DNA of 64,000 bases, from the NCBI GenBank assembly GCA_964547465.1, contig CAZJNI010000001.1, positions 24,205-88,204 of the forward strand, in the 5' to 3' direction. The number at the start of each line of letters is the position of its first letter. Within the stretch, counting starts at the first letter, position 1. The translations under genes were made by a program, and so were the position numbers. Source of the stretch: an uncultured Gammaproteobacteria bacterium (GTDB lineage: Bacteria; Patescibacteriota; Microgenomatia; Daviesbacterales; UBA10151). The notes under the pieces were generated by a model that saw nothing but the letters and a program-made list of their open reading frames with translations, was not told where the DNA came from and did not search any database. Shown here piece by piece: positions 54,325 to 62,408 of this stretch.

Positions 54325-55707
54325 ATGGAAAGATCAATCATAGGGGAAATGGTGGGAGAACCAACGCCGATTACTTTTTATAAATTAGGAGGTACTTGGG
54401 ATATGGTAAATAGGGATGGAAGGCTGGTAGGCTCCGGGAATTTAGATGATGAAAAAATACTGGAACTTGAAAAATCTGTTGGTTTATATGGTACCAAAGT
54501 TACTAACAAGCAGAAATTATCAGCAGCGGAGAAAAAATTATCAAGATTAATTTATGATACCCTTTTGAAAACAAAACCTGAATCGGATTCAGTTCAAGAG
54601 CATATTAAATCCTGGTGTGGGGATTTTGGCAGATATTCAGAAGGCTCCTTCACAGCATTATATAGCGGGGACAGTTCACACCTCCGTGCAGTTTTAGTGG
54701 CTCCGATAGTCTCTGTTTTATTAAGAGATGTTTTGGCAAACCCGGAAAGGGTTGTTGTTTTTGGACAAGGTACTGATACAGCAGATACAGCAATATTACC
54801 GCTTCTTGATGTTTTAATTTATGATACGCAGCTTCCATCATTTTATGGAGTGGGTGCTAATAGGTCTCACCTTGAAGATGGTTCAGATGCACCAAATAAT
54901 TTCACAAATGCAGCCAAGTTAACCAGAATTAATATTGCAAATTTATTTAATCATGGTATAAATTATTCCAGATACAAATCTGTAGCAGCCTGGATATTTG
55001 GTAGACAAATTTATCAAGCTGCGGATGTAGTGAAATTGGATCCTCTGGAGACGAGATTAATTGAAGGGCAGACAACATTTTATTCCCCAAATCAGACAGC
55101 TTTAAGTATAGACAAAATAGTAGCTTACTATAATTCTTCTCATCTAGTTGAATATGGGCATGAAGAGGACGTGATTGCAGGCGATTTAGGAGGTATCTTA
55201 AAGAGCGCGGCAGATCCACCTAGTTATCATGTAGTAAGGGCGATTGCAAAGGACATGGATAAATTATTTGAGGCAATGTCTAGTGTTTACACTGTTGATT
55301 TAGGTAGCCAGAATAGCTTGGAGAATGAAGTGTTAAATATTCTCGATCCCAGGTATAAAGCTATTGTGATTGCAGCACACAGTTTAGGTAATGTAAGCAA
55401 TCCAATTAGGTGGGCTTGTGTGGAAGCAGCAAAGAGCGGGAAACTGGTAGTGGATTCAAGCAGATGCTTGATCGGTATGGTTAATCAAAGATACGCAGGA
55501 TCACTGCTTGATGCAAATATAAATACCGAAGAGCTGGGTGGATCTCAATTTAAAATTCTTTCGGGCCAACAGTTAAATAAAGGATCAGCAAGGGCTGTTT
55601 TGACAAGGGCTTTAGTTGAAGGACGTGATCAAGCATCTACAGAATGGCTTTTAAATGACTATTATCTGACAAGATTTCCAACAGCAAAATCTTTTCTATT
55701 CGCTTAA
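54325..55707 (+). CDS. Divergent asparaginase/GatD-fold amidohydrolase-like protein
   Basis: LGGTWDM (cf. GGTI), QGTDT (cf. HGTDT), GANRS..SDAPNN, SLGNV, SRCLIG.V. Confidence 0.7.
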   Translation: MERSIIGEMVGEPTPITFYKLGGTWDMVNRDGRLVGSGNLDDEKILELEKSVGLYGTKVTNKQKLSAAEKKLSRLIYDTLLKTKPESDSVQEHIKSWCGDFGRYSEGSFTALYSGDSSHLRAVLVAPIVSVLLRDVLANPERVVVFGQGTDTADTAILPLLDVLIYDTQLPSFYGVGANRSHLEDGSDAPNNFTNAAKLTRINIANLFNHGINYSRYKSVAAWIFGRQIYQAADVVKLDPLETRLIEGQTTFYSPNQTALSIDKIVAYYNSSHLVEYGHEEDVIAGDLGGILKSAADPPSYHVVRAIAKDMDKLFEAMSSVYTVDLGSQNSLENEVLNILDPRYKAIVIAAHSLGNVSNPIRWACVEAAKSGKLVVDSSRCLIGMVNQRYAGSLLDANINTEELGGSQFKILSGQQLNKGSARAVLTRALVEGRDQASTEWLLNDYYLTRFPTAKSFLFA

Positions 55708-55734
55708 AACTATGTTTATAGAGAGGAAAATAAA

Positions 55735-56673
55735 ATGGCAATAACACCAGAAATACCAAAAGGACGCTTTGTAACATTCTATTCCACTGAAGGTGGAGTA
55801 GGTCGTAGTTTAGCTGCTTATAATATGGCTGCTTTACTGGCAGCTTCTGGAGAACGGACACTTTTAATTGATTTGGATTTTGATAAACCAAGGCTCACTC
55901 CTGAACTAGCTCCAAACAGTAAAGGAGGAGTGCTCGATATATTTTATAGTTTAATGGGTGACTCAGATTTGCTTTATGAAGATGGTGCAATTCAAGGTCT
56001 TCTCAAAGGAAAAAGATATCTGAAACACCTTCGATTACCAAGTAGTCTAACTTCTGCAAATTCAGGTAGCCGGCATAGTTTTGATTTCCTCCCTGTCACT
56101 ACTGCTAATTGTGAATCATATCTAGGTCGACTCGATCAGTTTCAGTCTGATATAGATAGCTTTGGGGTTGTCAGCGATGAGCTTGCCATTCGGATGCGGA
56201 GAGATCTAACAGCCTATGATTATATCCTAGTCGATTCCCCTTCAGGATTTTCAAATATAACTTACTTTACTATAAACGAGCTTAGTAATATGGTCGTAGC
56301 TTTTACCAGACCTGGAAAAGGTAACCAGATTGGATTTAAAACATTCCTGGAAAAAATAAGTCTATGCTTGCCTCAGCAAGAACAGCAAGAGAAATCAGCC
56401 ATGCATCTTGTTAGTGTAATTAGTCTTGTCCCTGAAGTAGAAGCACAAGAGTTTAACCAAGTAAGGCAGGGTATGAAAAGACTAATTAATAAGGCTCTAC
56501 CAACAGTGATTGATCAGGAACGCCAACCTTTGGAATTACATTTTGACCCTCACCTTCTATACGGTGACTTCCCAATCGTCAGAGCTGTGTTGCCAGAGAG
56601 CGGCCTTGATCTGGACTACATAAAACTTTGTCAAACAATCAGAAGTAGATTTGATAGTGAAATGACGCACTGA
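55735..56673 (+). CDS. ParA/MinD-like ATPase (KGGVGR-variant type)
   Basis: VTFYSTEGGVGRS, LLIDLDFDKP, YDYILVDSPSG. Confidence 0.8.
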   Translation: MAITPEIPKGRFVTFYSTEGGVGRSLAAYNMAALLAASGERTLLIDLDFDKPRLTPELAPNSKGGVLDIFYSLMGDSDLLYEDGAIQGLLKGKRYLKHLRLPSSLTSANSGSRHSFDFLPVTTANCESYLGRLDQFQSDIDSFGVVSDELAIRMRRDLTAYDYILVDSPSGFSNITYFTINELSNMVVAFTRPGKGNQIGFKTFLEKISLCLPQQEQQEKSAMHLVSVISLVPEVEAQEFNQVRQGMKRLINKALPTVIDQERQPLELHFDPHLLYGDFPIVRAVLPESGLDLDYIKLCQTIRSRFDSEMTH

Positions 56674-56717
56674 CATTTATAGCAAAAACTTTATGTATTT
56701 TAAGAAAGGAAAATAAA

Positions 56718-57413
56718 ATGAGTGTAATAAGAATAGAAGGAATTCAAGAATTAGCTAGAGCCTTGTTAGTAGTTGGCGGTGTTATAGATCCTAACTCTAC
56801 GCAAGTAATGCCATATACTTCTTTCAATCAACCAATTGGTCGAACAGAGTTTACTGATGGAGCAAAAAGAGATTTACAGAGGAACGGTTTCGAAATTTTT
56901 GATCCATTCGTTGCATCATTAAGTGTTTTAAAGGCAGCTGGTAGACCCTTTTTTGTTATTGATCAGGATGGTGAATTCATGAGATTACTGCCTAGGCCCA
57001 CTCAAGTTGCCATTAATCCAAGAGCACTCACATATCATCCAGATAGATCACCACAGTTGTACATACCAAATAGTGACTCTAAAAATTTTGAACAACAAAA
57101 AGAAATGGTTGAGCAATATGCTCATGAAGATATAAAGGGTCGTATGAAAATAGGTGGTGCAGAGGCGATTATTGGAGATGCTCCAACTCATTGCGGATTG
57201 GTCTTTGCTTATTATGACAGAGGAATTCAATTGCATGGCAGGAATTATGAGTATGCTAAAGTTATAACTGTTACATCAGGTTTGACAGACGCTTATTATG
57301 CTGCTATTGGGTGTTTCCGTGAATTGGATGGTTTAGAAGTTCTTAAAGTTTACCCTCATGTTAGCTATAGCAAAGTTAGAGTTGCTCCATTATTAGTACC
57401 TGCTCGAGAGTAG
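56718..57413 (+). CDS. Hypothetical protein
   Basis: 231-aa ORF with strong AAAGGA RBS. Confidence 0.7.
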   Translation: MSVIRIEGIQELARALLVVGGVIDPNSTQVMPYTSFNQPIGRTEFTDGAKRDLQRNGFEIFDPFVASLSVLKAAGRPFFVIDQDGEFMRLLPRPTQVAINPRALTYHPDRSPQLYIPNSDSKNFEQQKEMVEQYAHEDIKGRMKIGGAEAIIGDAPTHCGLVFAYYDRGIQLHGRNYEYAKVITVTSGLTDAYYAAIGCFRELDGLEVLKVYPHVSYSKVRVAPLLVPARE

Positions 57414-57468
57414 ATTTATCAAATCACATAGCATATGACACAAAGATTAGAGGTGAAAGGAAAATAAA

Positions 57469-58026
57469 ATGACTCAAGAAAGAATAATTACAGAAATAGA
57501 TGGTCCCAAACTACCTTTTAAATTGATAGGACACTTTAATTCTTCGGCTAAAGATTTTTACCCTGACAGAGTTATTCCAATAGGGATCATTAGAAGAGGA
57601 CTTTATGCAGTATATGGTTCTCCTTTGAAAGGAAAACTTGAGCTTTACCCTTTTATTGAAGATGATGGTGTAGTAAATCATGGAAAAGAGCTTACAAAGC
57701 GTCTTTTAGATTATGACTATAGAGTACATAGTTTATGGGCGCATACTGCCGAAGATGTAGTGTTTTATGAGGCAAAGAAATCAGATGTTTTTTACAGGCA
57801 ATTACTACAAGATCCGCAATTTTCATCTGAAAACCCAGTTTTAAGATTAGCATTAGCTGAGAGAGTAGGAGAAGAGGAATATAAAAAAGAAATGATAGTT
57901 TGTTTGGCTATTTTTGCTCGTGACAGTGAACCTGTTACTAATCATTGGTATAGCCAAAGAAGAAAACAGCTACAGGAAGAGGGCAGTTTTAATCTTCCTG
58001 AAAGATGGCAGGACTTATTAAGCTAA
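57469..58026 (+). CDS. Hypothetical protein
   Basis: 185-aa ORF with the same RBS. Confidence 0.7.
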   Translation: MTQERIITEIDGPKLPFKLIGHFNSSAKDFYPDRVIPIGIIRRGLYAVYGSPLKGKLELYPFIEDDGVVNHGKELTKRLLDYDYRVHSLWAHTAEDVVFYEAKKSDVFYRQLLQDPQFSSENPVLRLALAERVGEEEYKKEMIVCLAIFARDSEPVTNHWYSQRRKQLQEEGSFNLPERWQDLLS

Positions 58027-58062
58027 TTTAACTTCTGCCAAAGTAATGTGGGAGTGGAAGCT

Positions 58063-58311
58063 TTATTGATAATGATCATTTATATCAAGTATTTCAATTT
58101 CTCCAACCTCTGTGATGTTAAATATGGCCCTGTACTTTCTATCAATTCTAAATGAATACAGATTAAAATCTTTTGGTTCTAATTTCTCTATATTCAGTGA
58201 AGGATAGTTAAAATTTTCTTCTAATAATTGGATCTGCTTGTTGAGCTTTTCAGTGAGAGCACGATTAGTAATATATTTAACCAGCCTGGCTTTAAGAGGT
58301 TTTACCTTCAT
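58063..58311 (-). CDS. RelE/ParE-superfamily toxin
   Basis: YPSLNIEKL...YSFRIDRKYRAIF...INDHY. Confidence 0.85.
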   Translation of the reverse strand: MKVKPLKARLVKYITNRALTEKLNKQIQLLEENFNYPSLNIEKLEPKDFNLYSFRIDRKYRAIFNITEVGEIEILDINDHYQ

Positions 58312-58567
58312 AGAAAGAAGAGTCTTTTAATCCTTTGATAACGCTTTTAATAAATTTTTGATTATATTTCCCGGTTTGAGATAAACCCTGCTCTATTTCC
58401 TCTAAAGGTCTTGATACAAATGGCTCAAGTTTTAGTTCCTCTTGAGTAAAATATTTGCGGAGTAGGTTTCTAATGAATTCAGAACGTGTAGCAAAGCCCA
58501 TTTTGCGGGTTTCTGTATCTATTTTTTTAGCAATTTGTTGTGGAAGAGAAATAGTTATCGTGCTCAT
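58292..58567 (-). CDS. RHH/CopG antitoxin
   Basis: TITISLP...ID...GFATRSEFIRNLLR. Confidence 0.85.
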   Translation of the reverse strand: MSTITISLPQQIAKKIDTETRKMGFATRSEFIRNLLRKYFTQEELKLEPFVSRPLEEIEQGLSQTGKYNQKFIKSVIKGLKDSSFYEGKTS

Positions 58568-58591
58568 ACTATTAAATTTTAACAAATTTGC

Positions 58592-59158
58592 TTAATTCTT
58601 GTCAAGTTTTATTTCTGCCAGGGTATTGTGTTTATGGAAGCCTTCGTTGGGCACGGATTCAAAGAGTTTAATGGAGGAAATTTGAATTGGGGTTAAATCT
58701 TCTGTCATGATTTTTTCCAAATTTGCTTCTAAGCTCCTATCAACTGAAAATTCCTTGTTAAATTTGGCAATGGAAATATGGGGGACAAACCTGCGCTCAT
58801 CAACCGGCAGGTGCAAAGAAGCCAGACCGTCTTTGATATATTCCCTGATCAGCAAAACTTTATCAATATCTCCCTTCACTCCTACCCATAAAATATTTGG
58901 ATGATGGATATTGGGAGATCCATCTATATAGGCCGGGGTTACCTCAAAACTTGCAACTCCCGAAATTGCTGCCTGAATAATCTGGGTCAGTTTATCTTTA
59001 AGTTCATCCGGTTGTTCACCTAAAAAGGCTAAAGTCAGGTGAATTTTATCTAAATCAGTTAATCTGGCTTGAGGAATTAATGTATGCAATTTGGCCTGTA
59101 TAGCCTGAAAGGAAGGGATATTCTCACTCGGTATTTCTAATGCTATGAAAAACCTCAT
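58592..59158 (-). CDS. thpR: RNA 2',3'-cyclic phosphodiesterase
   Basis: MRFFIAL, HLTLAFLG, FVPHISIA (two HxT/S motifs). Confidence 0.93.
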   Translation of the reverse strand: MRFFIALEIPSENIPSFQAIQAKLHTLIPQARLTDLDKIHLTLAFLGEQPDELKDKLTQIIQAAISGVASFEVTPAYIDGSPNIHHPNILWVGVKGDIDKVLLIREYIKDGLASLHLPVDERRFVPHISIAKFNKEFSVDRSLEANLEKIMTEDLTPIQISSIKLFESVPNEGFHKHNTLAEIKLDKN

Positions 59159-59162
59159 AAAT

Positions 59163-60947
59163 CTAAGCAGCTACCAAAGCTTGTTTCATTAAAGGTTGAT
59201 AGAATCTAGCATTATATTCACTCGTCATTCTAGATGCACTGAAGTGAGTTATTATGTATGCCATTGAGCGCATAGCTTCTCTCATCCAAGTTTCTCCTAA
59301 GGGTGCTCCGTCATTTGTATAAAATTCTTGAATCATTCTTCCCTGCATAAGCTGGTATATTCTATCTGCTACAACTTTAGGATCTCTGTCGTCTTCTATT
59401 TTAAGGAACAGATCTATGGGAACTTCATTCATCCAGCCATCATCTACCGAAAGTTGACGTCCACCATTCATCCCACTTTTCATTCCACTTGTACCAGAGG
59501 CCTCTTTTCCTTTCTCAGGCACATTTAGCCAAGCATCAGAGCCCACAACTAAATATTTGGCAATCCTACTATCATAATCAGGGATAAAAAGGGTATTTTT
59601 TCTAAATTTTGTATCTTTAGTCCAATTAACTAATCTTTGGATCATTTCTTTTCCCTGTGTATCCTGAGGATGAGCCTTAGCAGCTAAAACAATTTGGATA
59701 GGATGTTCAGAGTCAGTTAAGATAGAATGAAGTTTATCTGGATCATGAAATGGCAAGTCTAATCTTTTATAAGTAGTAGCCCTTCTAGCATAACCTATCA
59801 GTAGAGTATCAGGATCCAAAAGGGGTTTTTCTAAATAAGAATTTACAAAATCATCTGCTTCTCTACGCTTTTTATTTCGTAAGTCTCTTAGCTCTTGTGG
59901 ATCTACTTGCTCCATTCTCCAGCGCATATAATCAGGATCAGTGTGTTTTTTAACAAACCTTTCCTGATCAGAATCAATTAAGGCTTTTATTTCATCATCC
60001 ATCCAGCTATGATGGACCCCGTTTGTTACATAATCAACTTTATTTCTGTTCCATTGAACTGCTAAGACTTCTGAATGAAGTCTACTAACTCCTGTAGCGT
60101 ATCTTGATGTAGAGAGGGCAAAATTTGACTGAGACCAACTACCAGCAGGTTGATTATCCAAATGGTTTGCCCGATCTCTTAAGGTAGTAAAACCCGCTGG
60201 TCCTAATAAAGATATGTGTGAAGAAAACTCTCTTTCCAAAACTTCTCCTGGGAAAATATCGTTACCCGCAGGAACTGGGGTATGATTGGTATATAATTGA
60301 TTTTCTTCTACCTGTATTAATGCTTCATCAGCAGATAATCCTTTTTCAACCAGCTCTTCAACTCTGGCTATGGTTAAGAAAGCAGAATGTCCTTCATTCA
60401 TATGATCAACTGCTACTTTGAGGCCTAACTTATCCAGCATTTTCTTACCACCTATTCCTAAAATCATTTCTTGTCTGACTCTGGTTTGTTTATCATTTTC
60501 ATCAACCCCTCCATATAAATGAGCAGTAATCATTTTGTCCTCCTCGGTATTCCCTTCAACATCGGTGGTCAATAGTACTATAGGAAGATTGTCCAACGTG
60601 TAGGCTCCTGCTTTTACCTCTCTTTCCTCAATAGGCACTGTAATAGTAACTGGGAGGCCTTCTTTATCAACTAAAGTTTTAAGATTAGCAGCTTTGGGAT
60701 CCACCAGAGGGTATTCTTCTACCTGCCAGCCATCTTCTCTAAATCTTTGTCTAAAATAGCCATGATGGTAAAATATTCCTACTCCTACAACTGGAAGATC
60801 TAGATCAGTAGCTGCTTTAAGGTTATCTCCTGCTAAAACTCCTAAACCTCCTGAATATATAGGTAAATCGGGATTTATACAAAACTCCATTGAGAAATAG
60901 GCAACTGAGGGAGTAGAAGTTCCTGCAAGTTTTTCTATTACAGACAT
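59163..60947 (-). CDS. glgP: Alpha-glucan (glycogen) phosphorylase
   Basis: VAYFSMEF, YSGGLGVLAGD, HMNEGH, YARRATTYKR, EASGTSGMK. Confidence 0.95.
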   Translation of the reverse strand: MSVIEKLAGTSTPSVAYFSMEFCINPDLPIYSGGLGVLAGDNLKAATDLDLPVVGVGIFYHHGYFRQRFREDGWQVEEYPLVDPKAANLKTLVDKEGLPVTITVPIEEREVKAGAYTLDNLPIVLLTTDVEGNTEEDKMITAHLYGGVDENDKQTRVRQEMILGIGGKKMLDKLGLKVAVDHMNEGHSAFLTIARVEELVEKGLSADEALIQVEENQLYTNHTPVPAGNDIFPGEVLEREFSSHISLLGPAGFTTLRDRANHLDNQPAGSWSQSNFALSTSRYATGVSRLHSEVLAVQWNRNKVDYVTNGVHHSWMDDEIKALIDSDQERFVKKHTDPDYMRWRMEQVDPQELRDLRNKKRREADDFVNSYLEKPLLDPDTLLIGYARRATTYKRLDLPFHDPDKLHSILTDSEHPIQIVLAAKAHPQDTQGKEMIQRLVNWTKDTKFRKNTLFIPDYDSRIAKYLVVGSDAWLNVPEKGKEASGTSGMKSGMNGGRQLSVDDGWMNEVPIDLFLKIEDDRDPKVVADRIYQLMQGRMIQEFYTNDGAPLGETWMREAMRSMAYIITHFSASRMTSEYNARFYQPLMKQALVAA

Positions 60948-61061
60948 ATCAGACGGCTCTTTCAGTATGCCTATAAGTTGTTTTGAATGTCAAGTTACCT
61001 GCCTGCTGGTAGCAGGTTGACAAAAATAAGCTTCCTGTTATATAGTAGTTTTACAATTAAA

Positions 61062-61198
61062 TATTAATCAAGAGTGATGGGGAGACCCATGAAGTAGAAA
61101 TAAATTTCACTTCAGGGCGCGGGATTTGGCCCGATGATCCATCCAGCAACCGACCTGAAAGCACGGTGCTACACCCAAGCCCGCAAGGGAGGATTAGG
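61062..61198 (+). ncRNA. SAM-I riboswitch, variant with an extra hairpin in P2
   Basis: P1 TAATC/GATTA, AAGAG, GATGG/CCATC, GGGA-TTTGG-CCC-GATGA, GCAACCG...CGGTGC, CCAA pseudoknot partner; TTGACA 61017 upstream. Confidence 0.85.
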
Positions 61199-61213
61199 CT
61201 TTTAGCAAAAATT

Positions 61214-61237
61214 AACCTCTCTTAGGAGAGGTTTTTT
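61214..61237 (+). terminator. Intrinsic terminator of the riboswitch leader
   Basis: AACCTCTC-TTAG-GAGAGGTT followed by a T run. Confidence 0.85.
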
Positions 61238-61248
61238 AATGGAAACTT

Positions 61249-61470
61249 ATGGCTGAATTTGAAATAAAATTGAAACATGGAATTAAGACAGCGGATCAAG
61301 CAATGGCTAGATTTAAAAGAGTCCGCAGGATAATTGGTGTAAAGAGCAGTCACGGTGAACCTGTTGATGAACTTGTGCCAGAGATAAAGGAATTAGATGA
61401 TTTTTTATCAGCCAATCAACCTGGTTGGAAATCGTATTTAATCAGACTAATTAGAGGAGAAAGGAGGTAA
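61249..61470 (+). CDS. Hypothetical protein downstream of the SAM riboswitch
   Basis: 73-aa ORF starting 12 nt after the terminator. Confidence 0.65.
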   Translation: MAEFEIKLKHGIKTADQAMARFKRVRRIIGVKSSHGEPVDELVPEIKELDDFLSANQPGWKSYLIRLIRGERR

Positions 61471-61472
61471 AA

Positions 61473-61640
61473 ATGGGTAGAGAATGTTTAGAACCAGTTA
61501 TACTACCTGAAGGAAATATTCTACCAGAAAATAAACAGTCCTTAAAGCAGCCGCCTGTAAAAGCGGACTTTGATAGTTTGTATAAAGAGTTAAGCAGAAG
61601 ACCACTTGCAGATAAAGTTTATGGGGAGTGGGAGCTTTAA
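61473..61640 (+). CDS. 55-aa hypothetical protein
   Basis: AGGAGGT RBS then MGRECLEPVILPEGNILPENKQSLKQPPVKADFDSLYKELSRRPLADKVYGEWEL*. Confidence 0.6.
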   Translation: MGRECLEPVILPEGNILPENKQSLKQPPVKADFDSLYKELSRRPLADKVYGEWEL

Positions 61641-61651
61641 TTTAAAAAACC

Positions 61652-61689
61652 TTAAGTTTCTTCGTTCCAGGAGGCCAGGTTTTTTCTGG
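61652..61689 (-). pseudogene. Diverged duplicate of the ahcY 3' end
   Basis: Reads KNLASWNEET* versus KYLSSWNEGT* at 62409-62447. Confidence 0.8.
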
Positions 61690-61746
61690 AACACAATATT
61701 GCGATTACTTGACAAGTTGTCAAGAAAATGTGGTATAATATTTTAT

Positions 61747-61986
61747 ATGACTCAATTAACTGTAGGAGAGTTCAAAGCTAAATTTTCTGAAGTTATACAA
61801 GCGCTTCTTCAAGGCCAGGAAGTTGTAGTATCTTTCGGCAAAAAAAAGGAAAAAATTGGTGTAATGATCCCTTATCAAAGTTACCAGAAGAAAAAAAAGA
61901 TCAAATTAGGCTTGTTAGAAGGTAAGGCTTCAGTTAAATTTGCTAAGGATTTCAAAATGACAATTAATGAATTTCTTGGCCAATGA
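61747..61986 (+). CDS. Phd/YefM antitoxin
   Basis: MTQLTVGEFKAKFSEVI...GQEVVVSFG; palindrome CTTGACAAGTTGTCAAG over the -35 box, TGnTATAAT -10. Confidence 0.88.
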   Translation: MTQLTVGEFKAKFSEVIQALLQGQEVVVSFGKKKEKIGVMIPYQSYQKKKKIKLGLLEGKASVKFAKDFKMTINEFLGQ

Positions 61987-62402
61987 ATTATTTATTAGAT
62001 ACACATACTCTTATATGGAGTATTATTTATCCTGATAAACTTTCACCAAAGATAAGAAAAATTATTAAAAGCAAAGATAATACCTTCTGGGTGAGTGCAA
62101 TAGTATTCTGGGAAATTTCCTTAAAATATGCAATCGGTAAACTTGACCTTAAAGGTACTACCCCGGATGAGCTCTACGAATACTCAAATCGTGCCGGTTT
62201 TATAATTTTAGATTTGTCCTCCGCCACGGCTGCTTCGGTTTACAAACTTACAAGATTGGGAAATAAGCAAAGCTTTTCTACGAATAAAGACCCATTTGAT
62301 TTAATGCTTGCCTGGCAAGCCATAACTGGGGATTACATTTTAGTAACAAATGATTCAGGTTTTGCAGGCTATAAAAATTATGGTCTGAAAACAGTCTGGT
62401 AA
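61983..62402 (+). CDS. vapC: VapC PIN-domain toxin
   Basis: YLLDTHTLIW, WEISLK..IGKL, KDPFD..LAWQA, LVTND. Confidence 0.92.
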   Translation: MNYLLDTHTLIWSIIYPDKLSPKIRKIIKSKDNTFWVSAIVFWEISLKYAIGKLDLKGTTPDELYEYSNRAGFIILDLSSATAASVYKLTRLGNKQSFSTNKDPFDLMLAWQAITGDYILVTNDSGFAGYKNYGLKTVW

Positions 62403-62408
62403 GTTATT

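Noticed and set aside
61606-61746. N-terminal extension of the Phd antitoxin
   Set aside because: Spans the ahcY duplicate and the antitoxin's own promoter; ATG 61747 fits the family. The track starts at 6290, 20918, 33919, 43231, 50051 and 50866 were shortened for similar reasons.
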